This document shows, in pieces, positions 61,161 through 64,000 of a stretch of DNA of 64,000 bases. The position numbers and the translations under genes were made by a program. The stretch comes from Gemmatimonadales bacterium UBA7835 (GTDB lineage Bacteria; Gemmatimonadota; Gemmatimonadetes; Longimicrobiales; Gaopeijiaceae): positions 5,291-69,290 of the forward strand of contig DLTN01000123.1 of NCBI GenBank assembly GCA_002500925.1, read 5' to 3'. The notes beneath the pieces were generated by a model. It saw only the letters and a list, made by a program, of their open reading frames with translations, had not been told where the DNA came from and made no database searches. Position 1 is the first letter of the stretch. Each line of letters starts with the position of its first letter.

Positions 61161-62756
61161 CTAATTCCCCTTACGTAGGACACGGCCCGGTCGCTGACCC
61201 GTAAAAGCACCGTCCGAAACAACGGGCACTCCGTTCACAAATACATGAACCATGCCCTCTGAGTAGTGGTGGGGATCCGTGTACTCCGCCACATCACGGA
61301 CCTTTTCCAGGTCAAATACTACTATATCCGCAATAGATCCCTCCTTAAGCATTCCCCTCTCCGGCATTCGGAAAACCGCCGCCGGCAAAGACGTCATGCT
61401 CCGAATCGCGTGAGCTAGGCCGACCGTACCTTTTTCTTTGACGTACAGGCGCAGCTTACGAGCAAACGCTCCATAAGTCCGCGGATGCGGGACACCTTCT
61501 CCCATCTGGACGAGGCCACCATCCGACGATGTGATCGTCCACGGCTGGACCATAAGCGTCTCCACATCATCATCATGCATGTTGTATGAGACGATGCTCA
61601 CACCACCACCTCTGATCAGCTCGACCGCCGTATCGATAGGATCCTGCCCCCTCTGTTCCGCTAGTTCACTAAGGAGACGCCCTTCGATCGTCGGGTCGGG
61701 CTGGTATCGGCGAAACTGAATTCGATCTGCTCCACCCCTACGTTCCAACCCCGCCTCCATACCCTCACGTATACGGGCCATTGTCTCCGGATTAGCCATC
61801 CGAGTTAGCAGGGCATCACGCCCACCCGCCTGCGACCAGCGCGGCAGAAGAGCTGCTTCCAGACCAGTCGCTGACGCTGTATACGGATATTGGTCAGCAA
61901 AAACCTGGACCCCCTCTTCACGAGCTCGATCAACTCGGCTGACTATTGCCCGACCAAATCCCCAGACCAGCGGCCCCAGCGCCTTCACGTGCGTTAGAAC
62001 AACTGGGAGCTCCGCTACCCGACCTACATTGATGACCTCATCAACCGCTGCAATCAATCCAACGCTGTAAGTCGACTCGTCTCTGTAGTGGCTGGTGTAG
62101 GTTCCACCGTAACGGGCCACATCTCTGGCCAGTTCTTCTATCTCCTCCGGAGGCGCATAGCTCCCAGGCACATAGAACGTACCGGATGACAGACCCCACG
62201 CGCCCTGCTCCATACCAGCGATCACGAGAGAGCGCATGCGCTCCATCTCTGCGGCCGACGCATGTCGATCCTCACTCCCTACCACCTCCCTACGGATCGA
62301 GCCATGAGGTACCAACTGAGCCACGTTCACGCCTAGTCCCTCGGCTAGGAGCATCTCCCGCTGTGTAGCCTGATCTACAGGCCCTCCTCCGTCAGGATTC
62401 ACGAATACAGTGGTCAAGCCCATCGCTAACAGTGGCTCTGCGTGGTTCAGCCCAAGCCAAGGAGAGGCCAAAGCCGATCCGGCGTGAGAGTGTACATCGA
62501 TGAAGCCCGGGGTCACGTAAAAACCACTCGCGTCGATTACCCGGTCCGGTCTCAGGTCGGCGGTATCTCCTATTCTAACAATTCGATCTCCCTCTATCGC
62601 AACGTTGGCATACTTCCATGGATTTCCTGACCCATCAAGCACACGCCCATTTTCGATTACAGTTACCCTGTCCTGTGCTCCGACTGGCGCGAAGACCAAG
62701 CCGACCGCGAAGATAGACGAGAAGAGCACTCCTCGAGTGCGATAATTGCAGGTCAT
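61161..62756 (-). CDS. N-acyl-D-amino-acid deacylase (D-aminoacylase) family amidohydrolase
   Basis: A signal-like N-terminus, metal motif GFIDVHSH, and a 531 aa size typical of the family. Confidence 0.82.
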   Translation of the reverse strand: MTCNYRTRGVLFSSIFAVGLVFAPVGAQDRVTVIENGRVLDGSGNPWKYANVAIEGDRIVRIGDTADLRPDRVIDASGFYVTPGFIDVHSHAGSALASPWLGLNHAEPLLAMGLTTVFVNPDGGGPVDQATQREMLLAEGLGVNVAQLVPHGSIRREVVGSEDRHASAAEMERMRSLVIAGMEQGAWGLSSGTFYVPGSYAPPEEIEELARDVARYGGTYTSHYRDESTYSVGLIAAVDEVINVGRVAELPVVLTHVKALGPLVWGFGRAIVSRVDRAREEGVQVFADQYPYTASATGLEAALLPRWSQAGGRDALLTRMANPETMARIREGMEAGLERRGGADRIQFRRYQPDPTIEGRLLSELAEQRGQDPIDTAVELIRGGGVSIVSYNMHDDDVETLMVQPWTITSSDGGLVQMGEGVPHPRTYGAFARKLRLYVKEKGTVGLAHAIRSMTSLPAAVFRMPERGMLKEGSIADIVVFDLEKVRDVAEYTDPHHYSEGMVHVFVNGVPVVSDGAFTGQRPGRVLRKGN

Positions 62757-62963
62757 GGCCCAAGAGTCTAAGGGGGAGATCTTGTACTGTGATTCAGTAG
62801 GAACCTACTCCCAGGACCATGCTCAAGGCGAATTGCAACACCTCGACAAGTACGAGACCCGCTGGATGACCGACCCAGATCTCTTCAATTGGTCTAGGTT
62901 ACTTCTGTTAGCGGACACAAAGCCCCCAAGACGAATCATACGGTCGTCTCTCCATCGATTCTG

Positions 62964-64000
62964 ATGACGCTTTCGATCCCCCCATTAGACCCGGCTCTTC
63001 CGGGCCTCTGCATCGCACAACGCGCGCTTCCCGAGCCCTTCTTGCTCGAAGGGGGCCGCGTGCGCTTAGCAGGACGTCAAACAAGGTGCGGGGGAGAGGC
63101 CCTCCTCTGCGACGAGAAAGGTCAAGTAAGCTTCACTCTCAGTTTGCAGGCGCCGAATCTAGGGCGAGCCGCCAATCTAGTTCTATACCCCGGAGTCGCC
63201 CGAAGAGACTTTGTAAGTAGTAGGGGTGCGACATCCGAAGCACTCGTCGCGTCCAGAACCCTCCCGATGCTCATATGGCAACTCTCCGGGTCTGCTACAC
63301 GAGCTAGCCGCATCCGCCTCAAGCTTTCGACCTCGACTATGCTTCCAGAGGTGGAGCATAGTGAGGATACCGTGACCATCCGCACCCAGGGAAAGTTGGC
63401 TCAATTTCGGATCGAGCCTTCGCCCACAGAGATCCAGATCGAAGCAGCCGGAGGAGCGGTCGACATCTATATAAAACTGTCAGACGCTGAGACCCATGCG
63501 CTGGCCTTCGCCTTTGGAAATCCCGAAGAAGCCAAAGTTGGCATGCGTGCGGCATCACACCTAGAGGGGCATGCACTGCGCGCAGCAGAGGGGCCCTACG
63601 GTGCTCTTCGCGTAAATACCGGGATCACGGATGTAGATGAGGGAGTAGCGTGGGCACTGTCACGCACATTCGGTCTGGTATCGGAACATTCATCGGCAGC
63701 CCTGAATCTAGGACTCGCGGCCTTAGCCCTCGGACACCCCAACGTCACAACTAGGGCGTTAAGGCACCTACAGAACACAAACTTTGTCGCCGCAGGTCTG
63801 CTAGCGGCGAGAGTGGGCTTGACTAGTGGAGACACCAAAGTCGCCGCAGACCTCGCTGAACGCCTTCTAGATGAAGCAGACACAATCGAGTCCGACTTAT
63901 TGCCACTCGCTGCTGGAAGCCTAGCCGAGGCACTTCACTACGGTGCGACAGCAGAAGTTATAGAATCACTCCGAAAAATGAGTCTCCTCTCCCCTGACCC
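62964..64000 (+). CDS. Hypothetical protein, 3'-truncated by the window edge (not in the supplied ORF track)
   Basis: By manual translation, the frame from the ATG at 62964 stays open for 345 codons to nt 64000. The frame opens after a TAG at 62895-62897. No Shine-Dalgarno is seen, so the start is uncertain. Confidence 0.6.
   Translation, partial: MTLSIPPLDPALPGLCIAQRALPEPFLLEGGRVRLAGRQTRCGGEALLCDEKGQVSFTLSLQAPNLGRAANLVLYPGVARRDFVSSRGATSEALVASRTLPMLIWQLSGSATRASRIRLKLSTSTMLPEVEHSEDTVTIRTQGKLAQFRIEPSPTEIQIEAAGGAVDIYIKLSDAETHALAFAFGNPEEAKVGMRAASHLEGHALRAAEGPYGALRVNTGITDVDEGVAWALSRTFGLVSEHSSAALNLGLAALALGHPNVTTRALRHLQNTNFVAAGLLAARVGLTSGDTKVAADLAERLLDEADTIESDLLPLAAGSLAEALHYGATAEVIESLRKMSLLSPD

Noticed and set aside
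63122-63883. Four short minus-strand ORFs (73-95 aa)
   Set aside because: They overlap one another and lie antisense to a 345-codon open plus-strand frame.

Overview
This is a 64 kb gene-dense chromosomal segment with about 58 protein genes. I found no rRNA or tRNA genes, CRISPR arrays, integrases or transposases. Coding G+C is high (one hand-counted coding block is about 62%). Shine-Dalgarno sites (GGAGG-like) and ATGA stop/start overlaps are common.

The gene set (PorX-like receiver-PglZ regulator, type III glutamine synthetase, Kdo kinase with an MsbA/LpxL lipid A cluster) suggests a Gram-negative of the FCB/Gemmatimonadota-like radiation. That placement is inference only.

Recognisable content:
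- AcnX (DUF521/DUF126) dehydratase pair
- orphan AddB-like nuclease
- glnN
- recF-DUF721(DciA)-gyrB
- ssb and rpsU
- crotonase, hbd and thiolase
- hyuB-kdkA-GT9 operon
- PorX-like-msbA-lpxL-GT2-DUF3108 envelope cluster
- ctaB
- TRAP-transporter catabolic operon opposite a YdiJ-like FAD/Fe-S oxidase
- typA
- Wzz-like protein
- polyamine-type genes

Most interesting observations:
1. A MerB (alkylmercury lyase) family gene is interrupted by one in-frame TGA at the column of the catalytic Cys159. The TGA is followed by a SECIS-like GC hairpin with a GGUC loop, so this is a candidate selenoprotein.
2. The 19.2-22.4 kb neighbourhood holds four uncharacterised ORFs. Two of them share a paralogous domain of about 95 aa. 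They surround a roughly 700 bp ORF-free block that is about 40% G+C in its centre and rich in repeats and palindromes.
3. An (ACTG)6 microsatellite lies upstream of the Wzz-like gene.

All family calls come from reading motifs by eye. No database search was run.
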